From contig SVHY01000004.1 of the NCBI GenBank assembly GCA_015055545.1, forward strand, positions 10,985-74,984: a stretch of DNA of 64,000 bases. The letters are read 5' to 3'. This DNA comes from Clostridiales bacterium. Lineage in GTDB: Bacteria; Bacillota; Clostridia; Christensenellales; Borkfalkiaceae. Shown one piece after another: positions 29,098-38,057 of this stretch; position 1 is the stretch's first letter; each line of letters starts with the position of its first letter. The translations under genes were made by a program, and so were the position numbers. The notes beneath the pieces were generated by a model. That model ran no database searches and had not been told where the DNA came from. It was given only the letters and a program-made list of their open reading frames with translations.

Positions 29098-31069
29098 GAT
29101 GCGAAAACTGAATCTCGTCGGGCTTTCTTACGATAAGGACGCCGTTTTAAACGCGCTCCATAAGACGAACGCGACGGAAATTACTTTGCACGCGTACACG
29201 GACAACACCGTAGCGTTGGAAAGCGATACGGAGGGTATGAAATCGTATCTCGCGGCGGTGGAGAACGCGCTTGGCGCGCTTTGTTCGGCGGTAGAAACGG
29301 CGGAAAAGGCAAACGGTGAAAAGAAACCCGAAGTATTGAAAGACGGGTTTGACGTGGCGTATTCCGATTTTATCGCGGCAAAGGAGAGCAAAGCGAATGT
29401 GGACGCGACGGTGGAAAAAATCAACGTGCTCACGGACGAGAAGAATAAATGCACGGCAGAACTTGCAAGGGTGCGCAAACAGATTAAGGACGCGGAAATT
29501 TACGCGGATTTAAAAACGCCGTTTGCAGCATTTGCCGATACGCAAAACACCCGCGCGCGGTTGGGGATTATTCCCGCGCAAAACAGCGACGGTTTAGAAA
29601 AATCGCTTGCCGAAATCGAATTGTGTTCCATGGAAACGTTGCAAGAAAACGGCGACTACGCGCTCGTGTTCGTAGTTGCGCATAAGAGCGTTGTTTCCGA
29701 GATGGACGGTGCGTTGTCTACTTTTGGATTTACCGTTTGTCCACATAAAGGGAACAAGACGGGCGAAAAGGTTATGCAGGACTTGCAAGCGGAAGAACGG
29801 TCGGTTTTGGTTGCTTTGGAAGAAAACGAACGGGGTATGTACGCGTTGAAAGACGAAATACGCCCGATGAAGATATATTGCGATTATTGTGCGTTCACGA
29901 TGGAAAAGGAAGAAACGTCGGACAAGCTCCGCGCGACGGAAAAGACGTTTTTATTACAAGCGTACGTGCCCGTAGATGCGGAAGAGTGTGTAAAAGAACA
30001 GCTTGTCGGTTTGGAAAATCCCGTTTACTTTGAATTTTCCGATCCGACGGATGAAGAAACACCGCCTACGCTTATGCGGAATAACGCGATTGTAGCCAAT
30101 TTTGAGGGGATTACCAACACCTATTCCGCGCCCCATTATCGGGAATTTGACCCCAACGCGGTAATGGCGTTCTTTTATAGCCTGTTCATGGGCTTTATTA
30201 TCGGCGATGCGGGCTACGGTTTGATTATGCTCCTTGGCGGCGGAATACTTTGGTGGAAAGGTTTGAAACGTCCCACGGGTACGTCGCGGCTTGCGGGTGC
30301 GTTTGCGGTTGGCGGTATCTTTGCCATTTTTTGGGGCTTGCTCTTCAACTCCCTGTTCGGGTTTGCGCCGTTTGCAAAGGCGGTGATGCCCGATCCGCAA
30401 AAGGGGAGATGTACGCTCGTGGGGATTCAAGTGCCCAGCGTGTTGCTTATTTGTATGGAGCTTGGCGTATTCCAGCTTTGCGCGGGATACGTTTGTAAAG
30501 CCGTGCAAGAATGGCGCAGGGGGAATTTCTTCGACGGCATTTGCGACGGAGTTTTGTGGGCGATCTTCTCGATAGGCGTTGGAATGGCTATCGTGGGCTT
30601 GGTCGCGGAAATGAATTTGCCCAAGCTTGCTTTAATCGGCGGGCTTACCGCGGGTATTTCGTTGGCGCTGGCTGTGGTCTTGGCGGGCAGACACGAGAAA
30701 TCGTTTGGGAAACTGACGAAAAGTTTCGGTTCTCTTTACGGTATTATCAATTACGCGTCGGATATTTTAAGCTACGCGCGTTTGTACGGGTTGATGCTTT
30801 CGGGCGCGGTTATCGCGCAAATCATAGCGACGTATAGCGGTGGATTTATCGTGAGTGGAAACGTGCTTTTGATCGTTCTCGGCGTGGTGCTTTTATTGAT
30901 TGGGAATGCGTTTAACCTGATTATGAACCTGTTGGGCGCGTATATCCACGACGCAAGATTGCAATACGTAGAATTCTACGGTCGGTTCTTTGAAGGGGAA
31001 GGCGAATTGTTTACGCCGCTTGGGGCAAGCTGTAAATATATCTATCTTTTGCCCGCGCAAAATCAATAA
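29084..31069 (+). CDS. ntpI: V-type ATP synthase subunit I
   Basis: 661 aa, with a soluble N-terminal half starting MAIVKMRKLNLVG and a polytopic C-terminal half carrying the conserved YARLYGL arginine region. GTG start with GGGAG about 10 nt upstream. Confidence 0.92.
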   Translation: MAIVKMRKLNLVGLSYDKDAVLNALHKTNATEITLHAYTDNTVALESDTEGMKSYLAAVENALGALCSAVETAEKANGEKKPEVLKDGFDVAYSDFIAAKESKANVDATVEKINVLTDEKNKCTAELARVRKQIKDAEIYADLKTPFAAFADTQNTRARLGIIPAQNSDGLEKSLAEIELCSMETLQENGDYALVFVVAHKSVVSEMDGALSTFGFTVCPHKGNKTGEKVMQDLQAEERSVLVALEENERGMYALKDEIRPMKIYCDYCAFTMEKEETSDKLRATEKTFLLQAYVPVDAEECVKEQLVGLENPVYFEFSDPTDEETPPTLMRNNAIVANFEGITNTYSAPHYREFDPNAVMAFFYSLFMGFIIGDAGYGLIMLLGGGILWWKGLKRPTGTSRLAGAFAVGGIFAIFWGLLFNSLFGFAPFAKAVMPDPQKGRCTLVGIQVPSVLLICMELGVFQLCAGYVCKAVQEWRRGNFFDGICDGVLWAIFSIGVGMAIVGLVAEMNLPKLALIGGLTAGISLALAVVLAGRHEKSFGKLTKSFGSLYGIINYASDILSYARLYGLMLSGAVIAQIIATYSGGFIVSGNVLLIVLGVVLLLIGNAFNLIMNLLGAYIHDARLQYVEFYGRFFEGEGELFTPLGASCKYIYLLPAQNQ

Positions 31070-31141
31070 CGTTAATAACGGAGCGATCCGTGAAAATAAA
31101 AAATAAAAAAGAAAAAATAAAAAAATCGGAGGATTTTTATT

Positions 31142-31597
31142 ATGGGTTACACAATCGCAATGATAGGCATCGCACTCTGTGTTCTGCTTTGCGGCATCGG
31201 GTCTTGTATCGGTTTGTACAAGACGAGTACGGCGGCGGCCGGCATTTTGGGTGAAAATCCCAAGATGTTCGGTAAAGTCATGGTTCTTGTTTTGCTTCCT
31301 GCAACGCAAGGTATTTACGGCTTTATCATCGGTATTATCGCATCGGGTTCTATCGCGCAAGATATGAGCACGGCTATGGGCTGGGCTATGTTCTTCGCCG
31401 TATTGCCTATGGCAATTTCCGGTCTTGTATCCGCATGGTTCCAAGGCAGATCGGCGTCTAACTGTATTTATGCGGTAGGTAAGCAAGAATCGTTGTCCGG
31501 TAAGCTCATCGTTTACCCCGGTATGATCGAATTCTACGCGATTTTGGGCTTGATCATTTCCATTATGCTTTCGGGTAACGTAGGTGCGTTGCTTTAA
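31142..31597 (+). CDS. ntpK: V-type ATP synthase proteolipid subunit K
   Basis: A 151-aa four-helix proteolipid with LLPATQGIYGF and MIEFYAILG motifs like Enterococcus hirae NtpK. Confidence 0.92.
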   Translation: MGYTIAMIGIALCVLLCGIGSCIGLYKTSTAAAGILGENPKMFGKVMVLVLLPATQGIYGFIIGIIASGSIAQDMSTAMGWAMFFAVLPMAISGLVSAWFQGRSASNCIYAVGKQESLSGKLIVYPGMIEFYAILGLIISIMLSGNVGALL

Positions 31598-31616
31598 TTA
31601 GAAACGGGATTTTGAT

Positions 31617-32186
31617 ATGAGTATGCAAAAAGTGGTGGAAAGAATACTTTCCGATGCGCAAGCAGAGGCGGCGGCTTTGATAAGCGACGCGGAGAATAAG
31701 GCGGCGAAACGGCTTGCTGACGCTTCCGCATACGAAAACGCCGTGCAAGCGGAAACGGAAACGGACGTGAAAGCGAAAACGGATAGTATCTTTGAAAAAA
31801 GAGCTGCCGACGCAAGGTTGGAAAGCTCGAAAATCTTGCTTTCCGAAAAGCGTAAAACGGTCGATTCGGTTTACGAATTGGCGCTTTTGCGGCTCGTTGC
31901 GTTGGACAAGGAAGACTGTTTAAAGTTGGCTGCGGCTTTGCTCGAAAAGTACGCGGAACAGGGCGACGAAGTCTTTTTCGCGGAGAATTTCAAGTACGCA
32001 AAAGAAGTGTCGGCTTTGCCCGTTGTTCAAAAACGCGGTTTAAGCGTTTCTTCTACGTGTTTGCCTTTGGACGGGGGAATGCGGCTTGTTGGCAAGGTTT
32101 CGGATAAGGACTTGTCCTACGGGGCGTTGCTGGCAACGGATAAAGATGCGCATCAAGCGGATTTGGCAAAAGAACTGTTTAAATAA
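31617..32186 (+). CDS. ntpE: V-type ATP synthase subunit E
   Basis: A 189-aa protein with an Ala/Glu-rich N-terminal helix, in the canonical position after K. Confidence 0.85.
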   Translation: MSMQKVVERILSDAQAEAAALISDAENKAAKRLADASAYENAVQAETETDVKAKTDSIFEKRAADARLESSKILLSEKRKTVDSVYELALLRLVALDKEDCLKLAAALLEKYAEQGDEVFFAENFKYAKEVSALPVVQKRGLSVSSTCLPLDGGMRLVGKVSDKDLSYGALLATDKDAHQADLAKELFK

Positions 32187-32203
32187 GCGGCAAGGATTGT
32201 TAA

Positions 32204-33184
32204 ATGGAAAAGAGATTAGACGTTAGTTATACGAACGGCGTTATCGCCGTGCGCGAAAAATACCTGTTGAAAGACAAGGTATCGCGTATGTGCGAGCTTA
32301 CGGCAGACGACGCGTTTAGACTGCTTCTTGAAAGCGGCTTTGGCGGCGGCGCGGAAACGGCGACGGGCGTATACGATTACGAAAAATTGATAGCGGCTGA
32401 GAACGAAAAACTCGACGCGTTTATTCGCGAATACGCACCGTCCAAAGCGGAGGCGGCGTATCTTTTAGCGCCGCGTGATTTCCATAACGCAAAGGCGCTT
32501 ATCAAAGCGGCGTATTTAAACGAGAGTGCGGAAAGAATGTTGGCGAGCGAAGGTTTGATATCGGTTGATACGCTTTCTGCGTGCGTAAAAAACGGCGATT
32601 TTTCCGCTTTGGATATTTGTCCTGCACTCAAAAAGGCGTGTCAAGACGCTACGGCGCTTTTGGCGGAAGACGCGTCGGGCTCGAAAGTGGGCGCAATCTT
32701 TGAAAACGCGTTATACGGGTATTTGCGCGGCGTGGTAAAACGCAAACCCGTTTTGAAAAAGCTGTTGACGGCGAAAGCGGACATGACGAATATTTTGACG
32801 GCGTTCCGCTTGGACGATAAGGACGGCGCGGTAGAAAAATACGTACCCGCAGGTAGTTTAAAAGCGGACGATTTGGCTGTGATTTTAGACGGCGATTTGG
32901 ACGCAATCAAAGCGGCGTTTAAAAAGACGGCGTACGTGGATTTCGTCGCGGCGTGTGCGGCGGCAAGAGAAAAGGGCGTACCGATGACGCAAGCGGAAAA
33001 AATGCTTGGGGCGTACGATGCGGCGCATTTTTCGGCGCGCAAATACGCGCTCGAAAAAACCGAACCGTTTTTGTATTACGTATACCGTCGAAAGACGGAA
33101 AGCGCGAACGTACGTATTATTTTCGTATGTCTTTTGGCGGGCTTGGAAGAACAGGATATAAAACGTCGGATAAGGACGTTTTAA
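32204..33184 (+). CDS. ntpC: V-type ATP synthase subunit C
   Basis: A 326-aa helical protein in the canonical position. The C-terminus has the NVRIIFVC-type motif. Confidence 0.85.
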   Translation: MEKRLDVSYTNGVIAVREKYLLKDKVSRMCELTADDAFRLLLESGFGGGAETATGVYDYEKLIAAENEKLDAFIREYAPSKAEAAYLLAPRDFHNAKALIKAAYLNESAERMLASEGLISVDTLSACVKNGDFSALDICPALKKACQDATALLAEDASGSKVGAIFENALYGYLRGVVKRKPVLKKLLTAKADMTNILTAFRLDDKDGAVEKYVPAGSLKADDLAVILDGDLDAIKAAFKKTAYVDFVAACAAAREKGVPMTQAEKMLGAYDAAHFSARKYALEKTEPFLYYVYRRKTESANVRIIFVCLLAGLEEQDIKRRIRTF

Positions 33185-33199
33185 TAAGGGAGCAAGATT

Positions 33200-33520
33200 A
33201 TGACGGGAAAAACGGCAATCGTTGGGAACGGCGACGGGATTATGGTATTCAAGGCGGCGGGAGTGGCAACGTTCCCCGTTTCCGATGAGAAAAACGCGCG
33301 GGATACCCTGCGTAAAATCGCGAAAGAATATCAAATCATTTTTATCACCGAGGATTTTGCTCGACCTTTGACGGAGTTTTTGAAACGGTTCGACGAAGAA
33401 CCGTACCCCGTCGTAGTGAGTATTCCGTCGGGCTCTGGCTCGGACGGGTACGGTATGGAAGTGTTGAAACGCGCTATGGAACGCGCGTTGGGCGTAGATA
33501 TACTTTTTAATAAAGATTAA
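33200..33520 (+). CDS. V-type ATP synthase subunit F
   Basis: A 106-aa protein, IAIVGNGDGIMVFKAAGV..IIFITEDF, typical of V/A-type F subunits. Confidence 0.85.
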   Translation: MTGKTAIVGNGDGIMVFKAAGVATFPVSDEKNARDTLRKIAKEYQIIFITEDFARPLTEFLKRFDEEPYPVVVSIPSGSGSDGYGMEVLKRAMERALGVDILFNKD

Positions 33521-33537
33521 AAAAGAGGACTTGAACA

Positions 33538-35304
33538 ATGGCAGGTAAGACAGTAAAAATTTCCGGACCTTTGATCATTGCCGAGGGCATGGCGGACGCA
33601 AAATTGTACGACGTCGTGCGTGTATCGGATAAGGGTCTTATCGGGGAAATTATCGAACTTCGTGGCGATAAAGCGTCTATTCAGGTATATGAAGAAACGT
33701 CGGGGCTTGGTCCGAACGAGGACGTGTATTCCACGGGCGAGCCGCTTTCGGCGGAGCTTGCGCCTGGGTTAATCACGGGTATATTCGACGGGATTCAACG
33801 CCCGCTCACCGCTTTGTATTTCAAATACGGCGACAGAATTTCGCGCGGTGTATCCGTCAATAATCTCGATAGAGAAAAGAAATGGACGTTTATCCCCAAA
33901 GTAAAGGTTGGCGACACGGTCGCCGAAGGGGATATTTTGGGCGTTGTCAACGAAACGGAAATCGTAGAACACCGTATTTTAGTACCCGTGGGTTGCGCGG
34001 GTAAAGTCCTTTCTATTGGCGACGGGGATTATACCATCGAAGAAACGGTTGCCGAAATTCAAACGGCCACGGAAAAGAAATCGGTGGCGATGCTTAGAAA
34101 ATGGCCCGTTCGTAAAGGCAGACCGTATAAGGAAAAGCTCACGCCCGATATGCCTATGGTTACGGGACAACGCGTTATCGATACGCTTTTCCCGATTGCA
34201 AAAGGCGGCGTGGCGGCAGTTCCCGGTCCGTTCGGTAGCGGTAAGACGGTCGTCCAGCACCAGCTTGCAAAATGGGCGGACGCGGATATCATCGTATACG
34301 TCGGCTGCGGCGAACGCGGTAACGAGATGACGGACGTTTTGAACGAATTCCCTGAACTGAAAGACCCGAAAACGGGCGAACCGCTCATGAAACGTACGGT
34401 GCTTATCGCCAACACGTCGGACATGCCCGTTGCGGCGCGTGAAGCGTCTATTTATACAGGTATCACCATTGCGGAATACTTCCGTGATATGGGTTATAGC
34501 GTAGCTATTATGGCGGACTCGACCTCGCGTTGGGCGGAAGCGCTCCGTGAAATGAGCGGGCGTTTAGAAGAAATGCCCGGCGACGAAGGTTATCCTGCTT
34601 ATCTTTCTTCTCGTCTTGCGGAATTCTACGAACGCGCGGGGATTGTGAAATTGCTTGGTTCTACCGAACGTATCGGTTCGGTTACGGCTATCGGCGCGGT
34701 GTCGCCTCCGGGTGGGGATTTGAGTGAACCCGTCGCACAGGCAACCTTGCGTATCGTAAAGGTGTTCTGGGGTTTGTCGTCCGCGCTTGCCTATAAACGG
34801 CATTTCCCTGCTATCGACTGGCTTATCAGTTATTCGCTGTACGCAGATAAAATGAAAGAATGGTACGACGAAAAAGTGGGCGCTGAGTTCTTGAAATACC
34901 GTCAATTCGTCATGACGATTTTGCAAGAAGAAGCGGAGCTGGACGAAATCGTACGGCTTGTCGGTATGGACGCGCTTTCGTCTAAGGACAGACTGACGAT
35001 GGAAACGGCGAAGATCGTGAGAGAAGACTATCTCCACCAAAACGCTTTCCACGACGTAGACACGTTCACGTCCATGCAAAAGCAGTTTTTGATGTTGAAA
35101 CTCATTTACGAGTTTAACCGTTTAGCGGGCGAGGCGATTGCGAATTATGCGGATTTGAACGATATACTCGCTTGCTCGTGTAAAGAAAAAATCGGTCGCG
35201 CAAAATATATCACCGAAGAAAATTTATCCGATTTCGACGAAATTTTCAAGGTTATGAACAGCGAACTCAAAGCCGTTGCAGAAGGGGGGAACGACGATGT
35301 TTAA
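33538..35304 (+). CDS. ntpA: V-type ATP synthase catalytic subunit A
   Basis: Walker [10 protein letters not shown], Walker [15 protein letters not shown], and the non-homologous region typical of A subunits. Confidence 0.97.
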   Translation: MAGKTVKISGPLIIAEGMADAKLYDVVRVSDKGLIGEIIELRGDKASIQVYEETSGLGPNEDVYSTGEPLSAELAPGLITGIFDGIQRPLTALYFKYGDRISRGVSVNNLDREKKWTFIPKVKVGDTVAEGDILGVVNETEIVEHRILVPVGCAGKVLSIGDGDYTIEETVAEIQTATEKKSVAMLRKWPVRKGRPYKEKLTPDMPMVTGQRVIDTLFPIAKGGVAAVPGPFGSGKTVVQHQLAKWADADIIVYVGCGERGNEMTDVLNEFPELKDPKTGEPLMKRTVLIANTSDMPVAAREASIYTGITIAEYFRDMGYSVAIMADSTSRWAEALREMSGRLEEMPGDEGYPAYLSSRLAEFYERAGIVKLLGSTERIGSVTAIGAVSPPGGDLSEPVAQATLRIVKVFWGLSSALAYKRHFPAIDWLISYSLYADKMKEWYDEKVGAEFLKYRQFVMTILQEEAELDEIVRLVGMDALSSKDRLTMETAKIVREDYLHQNAFHDVDTFTSMQKQFLMLKLIYEFNRLAGEAIANYADLNDILACSCKEKIGRAKYITEENLSDFDEIFKVMNSELKAVAEGGNDDV

Positions 35305-36697
35305 AGAATATAAAACCATTCGCGAAGTCGTCGGACCTTTGATGGTCGTTGAAGGCGTAGAGGGCGTAAAATATAACGAACTTGTCGATATCGTCAATTC
35401 CAACGGCGAACTCCGTCGCGGTAAGGTTTTGGAAATCAACCGCGATAAGGCGGTCGTGCAGTTGTTTGAAAATTCGCAGGGCTTGCAAATCCAAGGCGCA
35501 AAAGCGCGCTTTTTGGGGCACAGCCAAGAACTTGCGGTATCCGAAGATATGCTTGGTCGCGTATTCGACGGTATGGGCAATCCCCGCGACGGCGGCGCGG
35601 CGATCATTCCCGAAAAGAAAATGGATATCAACGGCGAACCGATTAATCCTGCGGCGCGCGATTACCCCAACGAATTTATTCAAACGGGTATTTCGGCAAT
35701 CGACGGGTTGAACACGCTCGTCCGTGGTCAAAAATTGCCCGTATTCTCCATGAGCGGTTTGCCGCACGCGGAACTTGCGGCGCAAATTGCCCGTCAAGCC
35801 AAGGTTAGAAGCGGCGATTGTAAATTCGCCGTCGTATTCGCGGCTATCGGTATTACGTTTGAAGAGGCGCAGTATTTCGTGGACGATTTCAAGCGCACGG
35901 GCGCGATTGAAAGAACGGTGCTTTTCACCAACCTTGCAAACGATCCTGCGGTTGAGCGTATTTCTACGCCCCGTATGGCGCTTACGTGCGCGGAGTACCT
36001 TGCGTTTGAAAAGGGTATGCACGTGCTCGTTATTATGACGGATATTACAAACTATGCAGAGGCGCTCCGTGAAGTTTCGGCGGCACGGCGCGAAGTGCCC
36101 GGTAGACGTGGTTATCCCGGGTATTTGTACACCGACCTTGCAAGCTTGTACGAACGCGCAGGGCGTATTCGTGGTAGAGAGGGTTCGATTACGCAAATTC
36201 CTATTTTGACCATGCCCGAAGACGATAAAACGCATCCTATTCCCGACCTTACGGGCTATATCACCGAAGGACAGATTATTCTTTCGCGTGATTTGTATAA
36301 GCGCGGTATTAACCCGCCTATAGACGTTTTGCCGTCGCTTTCACGTTTGAAAGATAAGGGTATTGGTAGAAACAAGACGAGAGAGGACCACGCGGATACG
36401 ATGAACCAACTGTTCGCGGCGTACGCACGAGGTAAGGAATCCAAAGAACTTTCCGCCATTTTGGGCGAAGCGGCGCTTTCGGACGTGGATAAATTATATG
36501 CAAAGTTCGCCGAGGCGTTTGAAGAAAAATACGTTTCGCAAGGCTTTGCGACGGATAGAAAAATCGAAGATACGTTGGATTTGGGTTGGGAACTGTTGAA
36601 AATCTTACCCAAAGGCGAGTTAAAGCGTATCCGTACGGAATATATCGAGAAATATATGTCGGATAACGAAAAGGAAGAAACGAATGGCAAGGCTTAA
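35297..36697 (+). CDS. ntpB: V-type ATP synthase subunit B
   Basis: Starts [18 protein letters not shown]. Blocks [23 protein letters not shown] and [12 protein letters not shown] are present. It overlaps the A stop by 8 nt. Confidence 0.96.
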   Translation: MFKEYKTIREVVGPLMVVEGVEGVKYNELVDIVNSNGELRRGKVLEINRDKAVVQLFENSQGLQIQGAKARFLGHSQELAVSEDMLGRVFDGMGNPRDGGAAIIPEKKMDINGEPINPAARDYPNEFIQTGISAIDGLNTLVRGQKLPVFSMSGLPHAELAAQIARQAKVRSGDCKFAVVFAAIGITFEEAQYFVDDFKRTGAIERTVLFTNLANDPAVERISTPRMALTCAEYLAFEKGMHVLVIMTDITNYAEALREVSAARREVPGRRGYPGYLYTDLASLYERAGRIRGREGSITQIPILTMPEDDKTHPIPDLTGYITEGQIILSRDLYKRGINPPIDVLPSLSRLKDKGIGRNKTREDHADTMNQLFAAYARGKESKELSAILGEAALSDVDKLYAKFAEAFEEKYVSQGFATDRKIEDTLDLGWELLKILPKGELKRIRTEYIEKYMSDNEKEETNGKA

Positions 36698-37304
36698 CGT
36701 CAACCCCACGCGTATGGAGCTGAAAAAACTGAAAGCAAGACTTTCAACGGCTGTACGCGGGCATAAACTGTTAAAGGATAAATCAGACGAAATGATACGC
36801 CAATTCACCGTGATTTTGCGCGAGGCAAAACGTTTGCGCGAAGCGGTGGAATTGGAGCTTTCGGCTGTCTTGAAACAGTTTTCTATTGCGCGTAGCGTTA
36901 CGCCGTCTTTTGAGGCGGAAACGGCGTTCGCATTGCCGTCCGTCGCCGTATACGCGAACTGTGAAACGCAAAGCGTAATGGGTGTAGACGTGCCGAAAGT
37001 TACGCTCTCGGGCGAAAAACGTGCGGACGGACTTCCGTATGCGTATTCGGAAATCACGGGCGAAGCGGACTATTCCGTGCAAAAGGCATCCGAATTGTTG
37101 CCGAAAATGGTAGAGCTTGCGCAAACGGAAAAAACGGTGCGTATGCTTGCGGAAGAAATCGAGCGCAACAAACGCCGCGTAAACGCGCTTGAATACGTTA
37201 TGATTCCACAATTAGAAGAAACGATAAAGTATATCAAAGACAAGCTGGACGAAAACGAACGCGCGGCAGTCGTTCGTCTCATGAAAGTAAAAAGTAAAGC
37301 CTAA
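36684..37304 (+). CDS. ntpD: V-type ATP synthase subunit D
   Basis: Starts [20 protein letters not shown], the typical D-subunit N-terminus. The C-terminal helix has RRVNALE. Confidence 0.93.
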   Translation: MARLNVNPTRMELKKLKARLSTAVRGHKLLKDKSDEMIRQFTVILREAKRLREAVELELSAVLKQFSIARSVTPSFEAETAFALPSVAVYANCETQSVMGVDVPKVTLSGEKRADGLPYAYSEITGEADYSVQKASELLPKMVELAQTEKTVRMLAEEIERNKRRVNALEYVMIPQLEETIKYIKDKLDENERAAVVRLMKVKSKA

Positions 37305-37321
37305 ACATAAAACTTAAACAT

Positions 37322-37348
37322 AAAACCCTGTCTAAGCGGCAGGGTTTT
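37322..37348 (+). terminator. Terminator of the V-ATPase operon
   Basis: AAAACCCTG, a 9-nt loop, then CAGGGTTTT. Confidence 0.65.
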
Positions 37349-37386
37349 AAAAATTAAAAAAACTTTAAAAATACGGATAAAAATAA

Positions 37387-37415
37387 TTGACAAATAAAAA
37401 AGAAAAGTATATAAT
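37387..37415 (+). promoter_or_regulatory. Consensus sigma-A promoter of tRNA-Ala
   Basis: TTGACA, a 17-nt spacer, then TATAAT, ending 13 nt before the tRNA 5' end. Confidence 0.7.
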
Positions 37416-37428
37416 AGGTAATGCTCAT

Positions 37429-37504
37429 GGGGTTATGGCTCAGTTGGTAGAGCGCCTCGTTCGCAACGAGGAGGCCAGCGGTTCGAATCCGCTTAGCTCC
37501 ACCA
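37429..37504 (+). tRNA. tRNA-Ala (anticodon CGC), CCA encoded
   Basis: A hand-folded 76-nt cloverleaf: acceptor GGGGTTA/TAGCTCC with the G3:U70 alanine identity pair, D-arm GCTC-AGTTGGTA-GAGC, anticodon arm CCTCG-TTCGCAA-CGAGG, T-arm AGCGG-TTCGAAT-CCGCT. Confidence 0.93.
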
Positions 37505-37551
37505 CGAAAGGACGGCAATCAGCCGTCCTTTTTTCGTGGTGGAGCTAAGCG
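37490..37551. repeat. 62-nt palindrome made of the tRNA 3' end plus terminator and its inverted copy
   Basis: The reverse complement of 37522-37551 equals 37490-37516 at all 27 positions, apart from a 3-nt A/T-run length difference. Confidence 0.9.
37510..37534. terminator. Terminator hairpin after tRNA-Ala (A-run upstream, T-run downstream, potentially bidirectional)
   Basis: GGACGGC-AATCA-GCCGTCC followed by T6. Confidence 0.85.
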
Positions 37552-37675
37552 TTTACCGAATCGCTGATTTATCAGCGGTTCGTGCGAGCAACGTCCGCAA
37601 ACGTAAGTCTGAATAGCATACGCAATCCGTCGGCGTTGCGAAGCTCCCACGCACAGCGTGGGTATGCGCTTAGCT
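37543..37675. other. ORF-free 133-nt element with a predicted four-helix junction (candidate structured RNA, MITE-like element or recombination scar)
   Basis: A closing helix (37543-37552 with 37666-37675) encloses three internal hairpins at 37562-37577, 37588-37639 and 37646-37662. See findings. Confidence 0.4.
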
Positions 37676-37682
37676 GTTTCTT

Positions 37683-37748
37683 TTTTTGGTGGCTAATCAT
37701 GAGAACCGTTGAATTATTGGATCGAGATATGAATGTTATATCTATAAT
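37683..37748 (+). repeat. Direct repeat copy A (T-run + GGTGGCTAATC... + promoter-like segment)
   Basis: Aligns with 38053-38108 at roughly 70-75% identity over about 60 nt (hand alignment). Confidence 0.7.
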
Positions 37749-37749
37749 C

Positions 37750-37790
37750 TTAGAAAACTAAGAAGTCAAGTATATTTCTTAGTTTTCTGA
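37750..37790. promoter_or_regulatory. 15-nt inverted repeat (14/15 match, 11-nt spacer) upstream of the XRE gene; candidate operator or 5' hairpin
   Basis: TTAGAAAACTAAGAA-gtcaagtatat-TTCTTAGTTTTCTGA, lying between a TATAAT box (37743-37748) and the ATG at 37806. Confidence 0.5.
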
Positions 37791-37805
37791 TAAAATATAT
37801 ATACT

Positions 37806-38009
37806 ATGAAAGGTTTAGGAGAAACAATTAAAGCCTTGCGGCAGGAAAAAGGGCTAACCCAACCAGAACTTGCTAAATTAGTCGGCGTATCCAATGGAAT
37901 GATTTCTATTTGGGAGAATAACATCAACGAGCCGAAAGCAAGTTATCTACAAGCGTTAGCGGTCGCTTTAGACGTTACCGTAAACGTTCTTTTTGGAGAG
38001 GACGCTTGA
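37806..38009 (+). CDS. XRE (Cro/C1)-family helix-turn-helix transcriptional regulator, 67 aa
   Basis: The HTH LTQPELAKLVGVSNGMISIWENN is typical of HTH_3/XRE. No obvious SD. Confidence 0.85.
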   Translation: MKGLGETIKALRQEKGLTQPELAKLVGVSNGMISIWENNINEPKASYLQALAVALDVTVNVLFGEDA

Positions 38010-38031
38010 CGGTTTTATTTCGAGTTGGAAA

Positions 38032-38057
38032 GGAACAGGTTCAGCCTGTTCCTTTTT
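38032..38057 (+). terminator. Rho-independent terminator after the XRE gene
   Basis: GGAACAGG-TTCAG-CCTGTTCC followed by T5. Confidence 0.8.

Noticed and set aside
37537-37677. A genuine tRNA, intron-containing tRNA or tmRNA on the minus strand, because the sequence ends in ...GCTTAGCTCCACCA
   Set aside because: The arm lengths and loops do not fit a tRNA: the would-be D arm is a 7-bp stem with a 3-nt loop, the T-loop is degenerate, and there is no 7-nt anticodon loop. The element is far too short for tmRNA and has no tag ORF. I kept it only as an unexplained structured element.
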